Assembly (NCBI GenBank): GCA_036404515.1
Contig: DASWZK010000071.1
Location: forward strand, 10,704-74,703
Direction of reading: 5' to 3'
DNA length: 64,000 nucleotides
Origin: Candidatus Limnocylindrales bacterium
GTDB taxonomy: Bacteria > Chloroflexota > Limnocylindria > Limnocylindrales > CSP1-4
Shown here: in pieces, positions 8,877 through 17,904 of the stretch
Numbering within the stretch: position 1 is the stretch's first letter
Layout of the letters: every line of letters starts with the position of its first letter
The notes under the pieces: generated by a model
The model's input: the letters and a program-made list of their open reading frames with translations, nothing else
What the model was told of the DNA's origin: nothing
Databases searched by the model: none
Program-made: the position numbers and the translations under genes

Positions 8877-11567
8877 ATGATGGCAGACCGCGGGGAGTCG
8901 ACTCTTGAGCTCGGCCTTGCTGCGGGCGAGTCTTCTTCGGATCAGGGTCGGCCGCCGGAGCACCCTTCGGTGGAGGTGGCGGTCGATGCGCCGGGCGCAT
9001 CTCGAACGTACGACTACGCGGTACCCGACCGACTCGCACCAGTCGAGCCCGGCGAGGCGGTTCTGGTTGAATTCGGGCGCGGCCGGCAGGCACTCGGCGT
9101 GGTTCTCGGACCGTCGCCCGACATCTCGATCGTCGGGCTGAAGCCGATCCTGGCACGCGTGCGAGCCGATGGACCGCTGCTACCACCGCTGACCCTCGAG
9201 TTCGCCCGGTGGATCTCGAGCGAGTATCTTGCCCCGCCGGCGGCCACCCTGCGCTCGATGCTGCCTCCCGGCATGCTTGAGCGGCTGGATCTCGTGGCCG
9301 AATGGCTTCCGTCTGGCTGGGGCGCGGCGGACGGCAATGCTGAGAGAGGCGGAGCGAGCGGCTCGGAACGCGGTGCGGCGTCAGCCTTGAACGCGTTCGA
9401 ATCTGGAATCCGCGACAAGCTTGCCACGGGACCGCGCGCCGTGAGGGACCTCGAAGGGGGAGAGCGAAGGGCGGGTACCTTGCGCCAGCTGCGGGCTATG
9501 GCAGTGCGTGGGCTGATCAAGCTGGAGTGGACACTCGCGGCAGCGACGGGCGGACCTCGGTTCGAACGATGGCTCACGCTCACGCCGGCGGGGCGGCAGA
9601 CGGCCGCGTGGCGGGACTCGAAGAGTAGCGCAGCTGGCGGCATGCTCGAAGGGAACGCCGGGCCAGAGGGAAGCGGTCCGCCGGCTCCGAGCCACGCACC
9701 CGAGGGGTGGGCCGTGTCTACGGCAAGGGACGTGGTTCCGACTACTCGCCTGGGTCCTCGGCAGCGAGCCCTCCTCGTGGACCTCGCCGCTGCCGAGTCC
9801 GCCGGCGCATCCGGCCTGGTGGCCGCCGAAGCCGCTCAGCGGCACGGGTCGGGCACTGCCACCGGGCTCGTCCGGCGCGGCCTGGTGACGGCCGAGATAC
9901 GCGAACGGCCGCGCCGACCGCTGGCGCAGCGCAGGGCAGGCCGGCGCGGCACACGTCCCCAGGGCTCTTCGCTCACGCCCACCCAGTTTGGAGCCCTATC
10001 GACGATCCTTACCGCAGTCAAGGCCCGAGACCCCAAGCCGCTGCTCCTCGAAGGCGTCACCGGTTCGGGCAAGACCGCGGTGTACGCCGAGGCCATTGCC
10101 GAGACAATCTCGGCCGGCCGGCCTGCCCTGGTCCTGGTGCCGGAGATCGCTCTCGCCATGCCTCTCGTCGACCGGCTTCGAGCCGAGCTGGAAGCTCAGA
10201 TCGCCATCCTGCACTCGGGCATCGGTGGCGGTGAGCGTGCCGACGAGTGGCGTCGCATCAGGGCGGGCGCTGTGGACATTGTGGTGGGTACGCGTATTGC
10301 GCTAACAGCGCCGCTCGCCGATGTCGGGTTGATCGTCGTCGACGAAGAGCACGACGCGGCCTACAAGAGCGACCGGACTCCGCGCCTTCAGGCTCGCGAT
10401 GCCGCAATCGCGCTGGGACGACTGGCTGGCGCAGCCGTGGTCCTCGGTAGCGCGACGCCGTCGGTGGAGAGCGTCGGCCGCGTCCGCCAGGGCCGCTACG
10501 GCCACGCCGAGTTGCCGGATCGGCCCACCGGGGCGCCGCCCCGGGTCGAGGTCGTGGATCTGCGCGCCGAGCTGGCTCTTGGGAATCGCGGCCTGCTCTC
10601 TGGACCGCTGCGTAACGCGCTCGAGTCGCTTCCCGAGGGTGAGCGGGCGATTCTGGTCATCAACCGCCGCGGGACGGCGTCAGTGGTGGTCTGTCGCGAC
10701 TGCGGCTACGTTCAGCGCTGCCCCGAGTGCGAACGGAGCCTGGTCTATCACCAGGCCGGCGTCACGCTGCGCTGCCACCACTGTGGTACGGCATCGCCCC
10801 TGGCGGCGCGCTGCCCGGCCTGCAAGTCGCCTCGGATTCGGTATCTGGGCGGCGGTACGCAGCGGGTGGAGGAGGAGGTCAAGTCTGCCTTCCCGCACCT
10901 CCGCGTCGGCCGGCTCGATCGAGATGTTGCCGAGCGCAAGGGTGCGGTCGAGCGCGTCCTCGATGCCTTCGCGGAGGGCCGGCTCGACGTCCTCGTCGGC
11001 ACGAGCCTGGTCGCCAAAGGGCTCGACATTCCGGAAGTGACTTTGGTGGGCGTCGTATCGGCCGACATCGCCCTCAACCTGCCCGATGAGCGGGCCGCCG
11101 AACGGACCTATCAGCTGCTCACGCAGGCCGTCGGGCGAGCGGGCCGGGGTGAGCTTCCCAGTCTGGCGATCATCCAGACTTATCAGCCGGACCACCCCGC
11201 GATCCGTGCCGTGGGGACGGGCGATGCCGCGGCATTCTACGACGCCGAGCTCGACGTCCGCCGCCGGTTCGGGTCACCGCCGTTCGGACGGCTTGTGAAG
11301 CTGACAGTGGGTCTGCCGGACCGTCTTGCCGCCGAGCGGGAGGCGGCCGCCATGGCCGAGCAGCTCGCCGCCCGATGTTCGTCTGCGTCAGCCTCCGAGG
11401 CAGGCATCCAAGTGGCCGTTCTGGGGCCTGCGCCCGCTTACGTCGGTCGCCGCGCCGGCCGCTGGCGCTGGAACGTCGTGCTGAGGGGCGACCGTCCGGT
11501 GGAAATCCTCGGTGCGCCGCCTGGTGCCCCATGGTCGATCGACGTGGATCCCGATTCGCTTCTCTAG
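8877..11567 (+). CDS. priA: Primosomal protein N' (replication restart helicase PriA)
   Basis: Walker A LLEGVTGSGKTAVY, DEEHD box, and the Cys-rich zinc region CRDCGYVQRCPECERSLVYHQAGVTLRCHHCG...CPACKS. Confidence 0.9.
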   Translation: MMADRGESTLELGLAAGESSSDQGRPPEHPSVEVAVDAPGASRTYDYAVPDRLAPVEPGEAVLVEFGRGRQALGVVLGPSPDISIVGLKPILARVRADGPLLPPLTLEFARWISSEYLAPPAATLRSMLPPGMLERLDLVAEWLPSGWGAADGNAERGGASGSERGAASALNAFESGIRDKLATGPRAVRDLEGGERRAGTLRQLRAMAVRGLIKLEWTLAAATGGPRFERWLTLTPAGRQTAAWRDSKSSAAGGMLEGNAGPEGSGPPAPSHAPEGWAVSTARDVVPTTRLGPRQRALLVDLAAAESAGASGLVAAEAAQRHGSGTATGLVRRGLVTAEIRERPRRPLAQRRAGRRGTRPQGSSLTPTQFGALSTILTAVKARDPKPLLLEGVTGSGKTAVYAEAIAETISAGRPALVLVPEIALAMPLVDRLRAELEAQIAILHSGIGGGERADEWRRIRAGAVDIVVGTRIALTAPLADVGLIVVDEEHDAAYKSDRTPRLQARDAAIALGRLAGAAVVLGSATPSVESVGRVRQGRYGHAELPDRPTGAPPRVEVVDLRAELALGNRGLLSGPLRNALESLPEGERAILVINRRGTASVVVCRDCGYVQRCPECERSLVYHQAGVTLRCHHCGTASPLAARCPACKSPRIRYLGGGTQRVEEEVKSAFPHLRVGRLDRDVAERKGAVERVLDAFAEGRLDVLVGTSLVAKGLDIPEVTLVGVVSADIALNLPDERAAERTYQLLTQAVGRAGRGELPSLAIIQTYQPDHPAIRAVGTGDAAAFYDAELDVRRRFGSPPFGRLVKLTVGLPDRLAAEREAAAMAEQLAARCSSASASEAGIQVAVLGPAPAYVGRRAGRWRWNVVLRGDRPVEILGAPPGAPWSIDVDPDSLL

Positions 11568-11636
11568 ATGCGGCGGCGTGCCGAGTCGGCAGCCGAGCCC
11601 GGATGGCGAGCTTCGGGCAGGCGTCCGGTGGCGCGG

Positions 11637-11664
11637 GTGCCATCCCTCAACCTCTCGGTATACT
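11637..11664 (+). promoter_or_regulatory. Candidate promoter upstream of def
   Basis: GTGCCA, then a 16-nt spacer, then TATACT (11659-11664). ATG 11673 lies 9 nt downstream, with no SD. Confidence 0.3.
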
Positions 11665-11672
11665 CTCGGGCC

Positions 11673-12188
11673 ATGAGCGTTCGACCCATTGTTCTCCTCG
11701 GTGATCCCCGGCTTCGCCTGAAGGGGGAGACCGTCGACAGCTTCGGTAAGTACCTGCATGAGCTTCTCGACGATCTGGCCGAAACCATGCGCAACGCTCC
11801 GGGTGTTGGGCTGGCTGCACCGCAGCTCGGCGAACCCCTGCGCGCCTGCACCATCGAAGTCGAGGGCCAGCTGCACGAGCTGGTCAACCCGCGCATCGTT
11901 CGTTCCGATGGCGACGACCGTGACCTCGAGGGTTGTCTGTCGATCCCGGGCTACGTCGCTTACGTCACGCGGCGCGAGAAGGTCTGGGTCGTGGCTCAGA
12001 ACAGGGTCGGTAGGAAGATCAAGGTCGCGGGTTCCGGTCTGCTGGGTCGCGCCCTGCAGCACGAACTGGACCACCTCGACGGGAAGCTCTATATCGACTA
12101 CCTGGATTCGATGGACGAGCTGATCGCGACGGCACAGGACGAGGAAGAGGAAGGGCGACCGGCAGCCGCGCGCACGCTGGTAGGGTGA
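11673..12188 (+). CDS. def: Peptide deformylase
   Basis: GVGLAAPQLG, EGCLSIPG and HELDHLDG motifs. I moved the start to ATG 11673 (MSVRPIVLLGDPRL), because the upstream part of ORF 11568 is Arg/Ala-rich filler. Confidence 0.9.
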   Translation: MSVRPIVLLGDPRLRLKGETVDSFGKYLHELLDDLAETMRNAPGVGLAAPQLGEPLRACTIEVEGQLHELVNPRIVRSDGDDRDLEGCLSIPGYVAYVTRREKVWVVAQNRVGRKIKVAGSGLLGRALQHELDHLDGKLYIDYLDSMDELIATAQDEEEEGRPAAARTLVG

Positions 12189-13162
12189 GCGGGACGGTGG
12201 CGGAAGGCTTGACCCTCGGTCGCGCCTCCGCCGAGCCTCCGGTTCGAGCGGTCTTCTTCGGCAGCGGCGGTTTCGCGGTTCCGATTCTCGACGCGCTCGT
12301 GGCCATGCCGGGAGTTGCGGTCGAGGCGGTCGTCTCGGCTCCCGATCGACCGGTCGGTCGGAAGGCGATTCTGATGGCGACGCCGGTGACTGTCCGAGCC
12401 GACGAGCTGGGCCTGCCGGTCCTGAGGCCCGAGCGTGTGCGGCGCTCTGAGTCGGTCGCTCAGCTCCGAGCGCTCGCGCCAGATCTTGTCGTCCTGGCCG
12501 ACTACGGCCAGCTCATTCCGCGCGCCCTGCTCGAACTCCCCACGCGAGGTTTCCTGAATCTGCATCCCTCGGCACTGCCCCGCCACCGGGGAGCGGCGCC
12601 GATCCCGGCCACGATCCTCGCCGGGGACACCGAGTCGGCGGTAACCCTGGTGGTAGTCACCGAAGAGATGGACGCTGGCCCGATCGTAGCCACCGAGCCA
12701 CTTGCGGTTCTCCCGGGCGACACGGCGGTAACGCTGGAGGAGCGGGCTGCTGAGACGGCGGCCCGGCTGCTGCGTCGAGCCTTGCCCGACTGGCTGGCTG
12801 GGCATCTGGAGGCTCGAACGCAGCCGGAGGTTGGTGTCACGCTGACGCGGCCGTTGCGCCGCGAGGACGGGCGGTTGGACCCGCGTCGTCCGGCCGATGA
12901 ACTGGAGCGACAGGTCCGGGCCTATCAGCCTTGGCCCGGGGCCTACTTCGAGACGCCCGAGGGCCGTCTCATCGTGTGGCGCGCTCATGTGGCGCCGTCC
13001 GTGCCGGGTGAGGTGGCCGGTGGGCTGGTTGCCTCCGGGCGAGACGAACTCGCGCTGGCCGCGAACGGGGATCGGCTTGTGCTCGACGAAGTCCAGCTGG
13101 CGGGCGGCCGCCGCATGGCCACTGCCGAACTGCTTCGAGGCCACCCGAGCCTGGCTCGATAG
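12185..13162 (+). CDS. fmt: Methionyl-tRNA formyltransferase
   Basis: FFGSGGFAVPILDAL N-terminus and NLHPSALPRHRGAAPI motif. Lies in the def-fmt pair and overlaps the def stop. Confidence 0.9.
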   Translation: MSGTVAEGLTLGRASAEPPVRAVFFGSGGFAVPILDALVAMPGVAVEAVVSAPDRPVGRKAILMATPVTVRADELGLPVLRPERVRRSESVAQLRALAPDLVVLADYGQLIPRALLELPTRGFLNLHPSALPRHRGAAPIPATILAGDTESAVTLVVVTEEMDAGPIVATEPLAVLPGDTAVTLEERAAETAARLLRRALPDWLAGHLEARTQPEVGVTLTRPLRREDGRLDPRRPADELERQVRAYQPWPGAYFETPEGRLIVWRAHVAPSVPGEVAGGLVASGRDELALAANGDRLVLDEVQLAGGRRMATAELLRGHPSLAR

Positions 13163-13190
13163 CGCCCGCCCGCCCGCGCCGGGGCTTGCG

Positions 13191-13199
13191 TGCGATAAT
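13191..13199 (+). promoter_or_regulatory. Candidate extended -10 promoter element upstream of rlmN
   Basis: TGCGATAAT (TGn + GATAAT) in the fmt-rlmN gap, 10 nt before GTG 13209. There is no SD in between. Confidence 0.3.
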
Positions 13200-13208
13200 C
13201 GCCGCCCT

Positions 13209-14534
13209 GTGAACTCTACCGACGCGGCCGGCGGCCGAACTGCCGGCGCTACTGTTGCCACGCCTGCGCAGGAGCTCGTCTCGCCATCGGGGCCGGGACC
13301 CCAATCCCGTCGCTCGCCTGAGGATCGTGCCGGACTGAGCGGTCTTTCCGACGGCGTGCTGGAGGATTGGCTGACGACGGAGGGCCAGCCAGCCTATCGA
13401 GCCCGGCAGATAAGCGACGCCGTCTGGCGCCAGAACGCCCGAACCGTCGAGGACCTGAGAACCCTGCCGGCGCCACTCCGCGCGCGTCTCGACGAGTCGT
13501 TCCGCCTTGATACGATCGCCCAGGACGAGATCCAGATCGCCGACGGCGGTCTGACGGAGAAGATCCTTCATCTGCTCTTCGACGGGGCCCTGATCGAGTC
13601 GGTGCTCATGCACTATCCGGCCCGAGGGTTCGTGGGACCGGGCCGGGCAATTCACCGGGAACGGCACACCCTCTGCATCTCGAGTCAGGCCGGATGCGCC
13701 GTCGGATGCCCGTTCTGCGCCACCGGCGAGCTGGGGTTTGGGCGCGATCTCGAGACTGCGGAGATCGTCGACCAGGTTCGGCACGCGGCCCGCCGCCTGG
13801 CGGCGACGGGTAGCCGCCTCACGAACATAGTCTTCATGGGCATGGGCGAGCCGCTTCTGAATCTGGAGCGCGTTCTGGAGGCCGTGGCTATTCTGTCCGA
13901 CCCGAGACTCTTCGCGCTGGGTGCGCGGCATGTGGTGGTGTCCACGTCGGGCGTGGTACCCGGCATCCGGCGCCTCACCGCGCTCGGGTCGCAGTTCACG
14001 CTCGCGGTCAGCCTTCACGCTGCCCGGGATCCGCTGCGTGACGTCCTCGTGCCACTGAACCGCCGTTGGCCTGTGGCGGAGGTCGTGGCTGCAGCCCGGG
14101 ACCATGCTCGGATAACGGGCCGGCGCGTCAGCTACGAGTACGTGATGATTTCGGGCGTGAACGACACCGACATCGATGCCGCCGCGCTTGCCACTCTCCT
14201 GCGAGGCGACCTTGCGCACGTAAACTTGATCCCCATGAACCCTGTCGCCCACACGCCGTGGGCGGCAAGCAGCCCCGAGCGGGTCGCCCAGTTCGCCGCA
14301 ATGGTCCGACGTGGCGGGGTAGGCGTCACTGTCCGTGCCAATCGTGGCCAGGATGCGGGCGCAGCCTGCGGCCAGCTCGCCGCCGACAGGGCGGGTGAGC
14401 CTCCAGCCCCAGCCGTCGCCCGCCGCCGCGATGAGATTGTTCGCCAGAGCGAAGCCGCCCTTCGCGGTAATCGCAGCTCGGACGGCCTCCCGGCCGGCCT
14501 CGAGGCCGCCGTCCGGACCGGAGGGGCTCGCTGA
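13209..14534 (+). CDS. rlmN: 23S rRNA/tRNA (adenine-C2)-methyltransferase, radical SAM
   Basis: CISSQAGCAVGCPFCATG radical-SAM cluster motif, YRARQISDAVW N-terminal motif, and MGMGEPLLN. The 5' part of ORF 12897 overlaps fmt in another frame. The first start after the fmt stop is GTG 13209. Confidence 0.85.
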   Translation: MNSTDAAGGRTAGATVATPAQELVSPSGPGPQSRRSPEDRAGLSGLSDGVLEDWLTTEGQPAYRARQISDAVWRQNARTVEDLRTLPAPLRARLDESFRLDTIAQDEIQIADGGLTEKILHLLFDGALIESVLMHYPARGFVGPGRAIHRERHTLCISSQAGCAVGCPFCATGELGFGRDLETAEIVDQVRHAARRLAATGSRLTNIVFMGMGEPLLNLERVLEAVAILSDPRLFALGARHVVVSTSGVVPGIRRLTALGSQFTLAVSLHAARDPLRDVLVPLNRRWPVAEVVAAARDHARITGRRVSYEYVMISGVNDTDIDAAALATLLRGDLAHVNLIPMNPVAHTPWAASSPERVAQFAAMVRRGGVGVTVRANRGQDAGAACGQLAADRAGEPPAPAVARRRDEIVRQSEAALRGNRSSDGLPAGLEAAVRTGGAR

Positions 14535-15280
14535 TGGCCGGTCATCGCGCGCTCGTCAGCGCCAGCATCCTGGACGCGGACCTGTCGAACCTGCGACGCG
14601 AGTGCCGCCGGGTCCTCAAGGCAGGCTCGGATCGGATTCACCTGGACGTCATGGACGGGCACTTCGTACCGAACATCACCTTTGGGCCGGGCATCATCAA
14701 GCGTCTCCGAACGATCGGGAAGCAGCCCTTCGACGCCCACTTGATGATCTCCGAGCCGGGCCGGTACGTGGACCAGTTCATCGATGCCGGGTGCGACTCA
14801 ATCACCTTCCACGTGGAGGTCGCGGAGCCGATCGAGCCGATCCTGCTTCGGATCCGCCAGGCCGGCCGGCTGGCCGGACTGGCGATCAAACCGGCTACCC
14901 CCCTCACCGCGCTGGACCCCTACGGCGACATGCTCGACATCGTCATGGTTATGACCGTTGAACCGGGGTTCGGAGGCCAGAAGTTCATTGCCGATGCGGC
15001 TACCAAGATCGAGCCGGCGCACGAGGTGTTCCGCGATCGCCCGGGCGGGCCGCGGTCGCGACGCGAGGTTCACGTCGATGGTGGGGTCAACCGCGAAAGT
15101 GCGGGACTCTGTGGCGGCCTTGGAGCCGATATCCTCGTCGTTGGCTCGGTGTTGTGGAAGAAGGGCCGCGATATCGAGCGCGAGATACGGTTGATTAAGG
15201 CTCTCGCCGATGAGGGTTACCGAGGCCGGCGTGGCAAGGGGGATACGCTCGGGAACTGCACCGCAGGAGAGGCTGAGTGA
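14534..15280 (+). CDS. rpe: Ribulose-phosphate 3-epimerase
   Basis: HLDVMDGHFVPNITFG, VMTVEPGFGGQKF and VDGGVN motifs. Confidence 0.9.
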   Translation: MAGHRALVSASILDADLSNLRRECRRVLKAGSDRIHLDVMDGHFVPNITFGPGIIKRLRTIGKQPFDAHLMISEPGRYVDQFIDAGCDSITFHVEVAEPIEPILLRIRQAGRLAGLAIKPATPLTALDPYGDMLDIVMVMTVEPGFGGQKFIADAATKIEPAHEVFRDRPGGPRSRREVHVDGGVNRESAGLCGGLGADILVVGSVLWKKGRDIEREIRLIKALADEGYRGRRGKGDTLGNCTAGEAE

Positions 15281-16530
15281 CTGAGGATGCGGCGCTGGGC
15301 CCGGCTGCAGTAGTTCCGGATTCCTCGGCCGGGGCGACCGGCGCGGGACCCGCCGCCGATCCACCTCAATACCATCTGGGTCGACGAAACGACCGGCTGC
15401 TGCTCGGCGCAGTGATCGCCTATGCGATCCTGCTCTCCTTCCTGATGATCGCACGGGGCATCTCCGTCACCCCCGACCTGGTGGTGGTCAGCTTCGGGCT
15501 CGCTGCGCTGGTGCTGGGCCGCGGCAAGCTGTTCCTGCGCGATTGGATCCCGTTCGTGGCGCTCTTCTTCGCCTACGAGCTCATGCGCGGCTACGCCGAC
15601 AAGTTCGGTTTGCCGATCCACGTCTCGGACGTCATCGCCATCGAGCGCGTCATCGGGCTCGGGAATCTGCCCACGACCCTTCTTCAGAGTCTCCACCACG
15701 GCCCAGCCTCGAGCCCCGATATCCTGGCCACGATCTCGATTGTCTTCTACTTCCTGCATTTCCCGCTGCCCCTGGCCATCGGCTTCCTGCTGTGGATCCA
15801 CCAGCGGCGCCTCTACTACGACTTCGTTGCTGCCCTGATCGTCCTCTCGATGGCTGCGTTCGTGACGTACCTGCTGCTGCCGGTGGCACCGCCGTGGTGG
15901 GCCGCCCAGAACGGCTACGTGGCGGGCGTCCTCCACCTCAGCCAGACCGGCTTCGACGGCCTGGCCGGCTTCTTCGGCTTCCACCCCGACCAGTATTTCT
16001 ACTCGTACTCGGTCTACAGCATCAGCCCGAACGAAGTGGCTGCTTTCCCGTCGCTTCACGCCGCGTACCCGTTCCTGGCCTTTCTCTTCGCCCGGCGAGC
16101 TTTTGGCAAGGTCGGTTGGCTGATGCTCGCCTACACGGTCTGCGTCTGGTTCGCGATCGTCTACCTGGGTGAGCACTGGGTGGTCGACATCATCGGCGGG
16201 GTGGCCTACGCGTTTGCCGCCTACTTCGCGATCACGCGCGGCCCGCGATGGGCCCGACGCATCATGGAGCGAGTCGCCGACGAGGAAATCGAGGCCAGCG
16301 TTGAAGCCGAGGACGAGGGGGACCTCGGCGCCCTGCGCCGTATGGGCCGGCACGTGCGCTGGGCTCTGGTCGTGCAGGGCCTGGCGGTGGCTCTGATCGG
16401 AGCGGTGGCTGCCTATGGCATGAACAAGTTGGGCTGGGTTGGTGGCACGGGCAGCGCTCTGTATCTCCTGCCCTGGCTGGCCATCCTGGGCGGTTTGTGG
16501 CGAAGTGCCGCCGGTCTGGTCAGCCGCTAG
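15277..16530 (+). CDS. Polytopic PAP2-superfamily membrane protein (phosphatase or phosphotransferase, substrate unknown)
   Basis: Multiple TM segments. C-terminal PAP2-type motifs FPSLHAAYPF and GEHWVVDIIGG. Confidence 0.55.
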   Translation: MTEDAALGPAAVVPDSSAGATGAGPAADPPQYHLGRRNDRLLLGAVIAYAILLSFLMIARGISVTPDLVVVSFGLAALVLGRGKLFLRDWIPFVALFFAYELMRGYADKFGLPIHVSDVIAIERVIGLGNLPTTLLQSLHHGPASSPDILATISIVFYFLHFPLPLAIGFLLWIHQRRLYYDFVAALIVLSMAAFVTYLLLPVAPPWWAAQNGYVAGVLHLSQTGFDGLAGFFGFHPDQYFYSYSVYSISPNEVAAFPSLHAAYPFLAFLFARRAFGKVGWLMLAYTVCVWFAIVYLGEHWVVDIIGGVAYAFAAYFAITRGPRWARRIMERVADEEIEASVEAEDEGDLGALRRMGRHVRWALVVQGLAVALIGAVAAYGMNKLGWVGGTGSALYLLPWLAILGGLWRSAAGLVSR

Positions 16531-16539
16531 GAGCCGGCG

Positions 16540-17010
16540 GTGCGTGCGTTGCTCCAGCGCGTGTCCAGGGCCGAGGTCCGGATCGACGGCGATCGGGTCG
16601 GGGCGATAGACCGGGGCCTGCTGGTACTTCTCGGAGTGGCGCCCGGCGACGACGAATTCGTGGCCGCCGGTCTCGCCGCCAAGGTCGCCGGGCTGCGCGT
16701 CTTTGCCGACGCCGACGGCTTGCCGAACCTGTCGATCGGCGAAATCGGCGGATCGGCGCTGGTAGTAAGCCAGTTCACCCTCTACGCGGACGCGCGCAGG
16801 GGGCGTCGCCCGTCCTTCATCGGTGCGGCTGGGCCGGTCGTCGGCGAGCGCCTGTACGAAGTCTTCTGTGAGATCCTGGCCTCGACCGGCATCCCTGTCC
16901 GGCAGGGTCGCTTCGGCGCGGAGATGGACGTGGAGCTGGTCAACGAGGGGCCGTTCACGATCTGGCTCGACAGCGATGAGCTGGGGATTACGCCACGGCC
17001 GGCGATCTAG
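16540..17010 (+). CDS. dtd: D-aminoacyl-tRNA deacylase
   Basis: MRALLQRVSRAEV, GLLVLLGV and SQFTLYADARRGRRPSF. AGGAG lies 6 nt upstream of the GTG. Confidence 0.9.
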   Translation: MRALLQRVSRAEVRIDGDRVGAIDRGLLVLLGVAPGDDEFVAAGLAAKVAGLRVFADADGLPNLSIGEIGGSALVVSQFTLYADARRGRRPSFIGAAGPVVGERLYEVFCEILASTGIPVRQGRFGAEMDVELVNEGPFTIWLDSDELGITPRPAI

Positions 17011-17111
17011 CCGGAAACGGCCGACCCTCGGGCTGACGGGCACGAAAACGGCGCCGAGCCAGAGCCCGACGCCGAGTCAGTTCACTCGACCGGCCCGCGG
17101 GGCCAACTTCC

Positions 17112-17309
17112 CTAGCGGTCCGCTCGCGAAAGAGTCCGCTGGCAGCGGGTGCAGACGAGGGCCTTGACTGGATGGCCGTTGACCTGGATGGTCGTCTGCT
17201 GAAGGTTCGGTTGGTAGCGGCGATGCGCGCGGACCCGGTTCATTCCGGACGACTGCGGGTTGAAGCCGTCCATGGAGACCTTCCCGCAGACGGCGCAGGA
17301 ACGAGCCAT
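17112..17309 (-). CDS. rpmB: 50S ribosomal protein L28
   Basis: MARSCAVCGKVSMDGFNPQSSGMNRVRAHRRYQPNLQQTTIQVNG... The start is the internal Met of ORF 17112..17381, with GAGAGGA upstream on the minus strand. This is the only convincing minus-strand gene. Confidence 0.85.
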   Translation of the reverse strand: MARSCAVCGKVSMDGFNPQSSGMNRVRAHRRYQPNLQQTTIQVNGHPVKALVCTRCQRTLSRADR

Positions 17310-17417
17310 GAGATCCTCTCGATTGCGTGATCGGAATACGCGGCCCCGACCGGGGCCGAACGGGGCGGTATGATAGCACACCGTTTACGTCGGTCAGGCC
17401 GGAGGTTGGATCAGCGC

Positions 17418-17888
17418 ATGCCGGAGCGTTCGGTGGCGGGCCGATCGATCGTCACCCGCCGGGCCATCGTAGACATCGTTCGAGCCGCGGTCCAGGGCAG
17501 CTACGGCGTGACCGGGTTCAGCGACCCTTCATTTCCCCGCCGGTTGCTGCGGTGGGTCGGTCTGGACCGACCCGGGATCAGGCTCACCACGGCAGGTGGA
17601 CTGAATCTCGACCTGTTCATAACGGTTGCCTACGGCGTGCCGGTTGCGGAGGTCGCCCGGCAGGTCGACTCGGCGGTGCGCTACTCGCTGCGGCACTATG
17701 TCGGTGCGGAGGTAGCCGGCTTGACCATCCACGTCGATGGGCTGCGATACCAGCCGGCTGCAGTCGAACGCGCCGCAGAGATTGAGCGGACGGAGACGAT
17801 CGAGCGCGCTGAACCCGTGCACGAGCAGCCGAAGAGCCCGATCGCGGCCGAGCGGGAGACGGCGCCGAGAAAACGCAAGCCCAAATGA
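17418..17888 (+). CDS. Asp23/Gls24-family protein (YloU-like)
   Basis: RAIVDIVRAAVQGSYGVTGF is a typical Asp23 N-terminus. It sits immediately upstream of the DAK2 gene, as yloU-yloV does in Bacillus. The start (ATG 17418 vs 17370) is uncertain. Confidence 0.7.
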   Translation: MPERSVAGRSIVTRRAIVDIVRAAVQGSYGVTGFSDPSFPRRLLRWVGLDRPGIRLTTAGGLNLDLFITVAYGVPVAEVARQVDSAVRYSLRHYVGAEVAGLTIHVDGLRYQPAAVERAAEIERTETIERAEPVHEQPKSPIAAERETAPRKRKPK

Positions 17889-17904
17889 TCACTCGAGCCG
17901 ATAG

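Noticed and set aside
12897-13208. The 5' extension of the rlmN ORF (104 extra residues) overlapping fmt.
   Set aside because: It overlaps the well-supported fmt frame by 266 nt. The extension is Arg/Pro/Trp-rich and has no RlmN similarity. The conserved N-terminal motif starts well downstream.
15217-17043. 608-aa minus-strand ORF, and similar long antisense or off-frame ORFs such as 55840..57735(-), 6501..7871(-), 29400..30932(-), 40040..41680(-) and 18424..19851(-).
   Set aside because: They lie exactly opposite well-supported + strand genes. Their translations are Arg/Pro/Gly/Ala-rich with no recognisable motifs. Long stop-free antisense frames are expected in GC-rich DNA, so I treat them as shadow ORFs.
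17342-17357. GGCCCC-gacc-GGGGCC palindromic hairpin in the divergent rpmB / Asp23 promoter region.
   Set aside because: It is short and GC-rich, with no flanking T-run or repeated half-sites. It cannot be distinguished from chance in GC-rich DNA.
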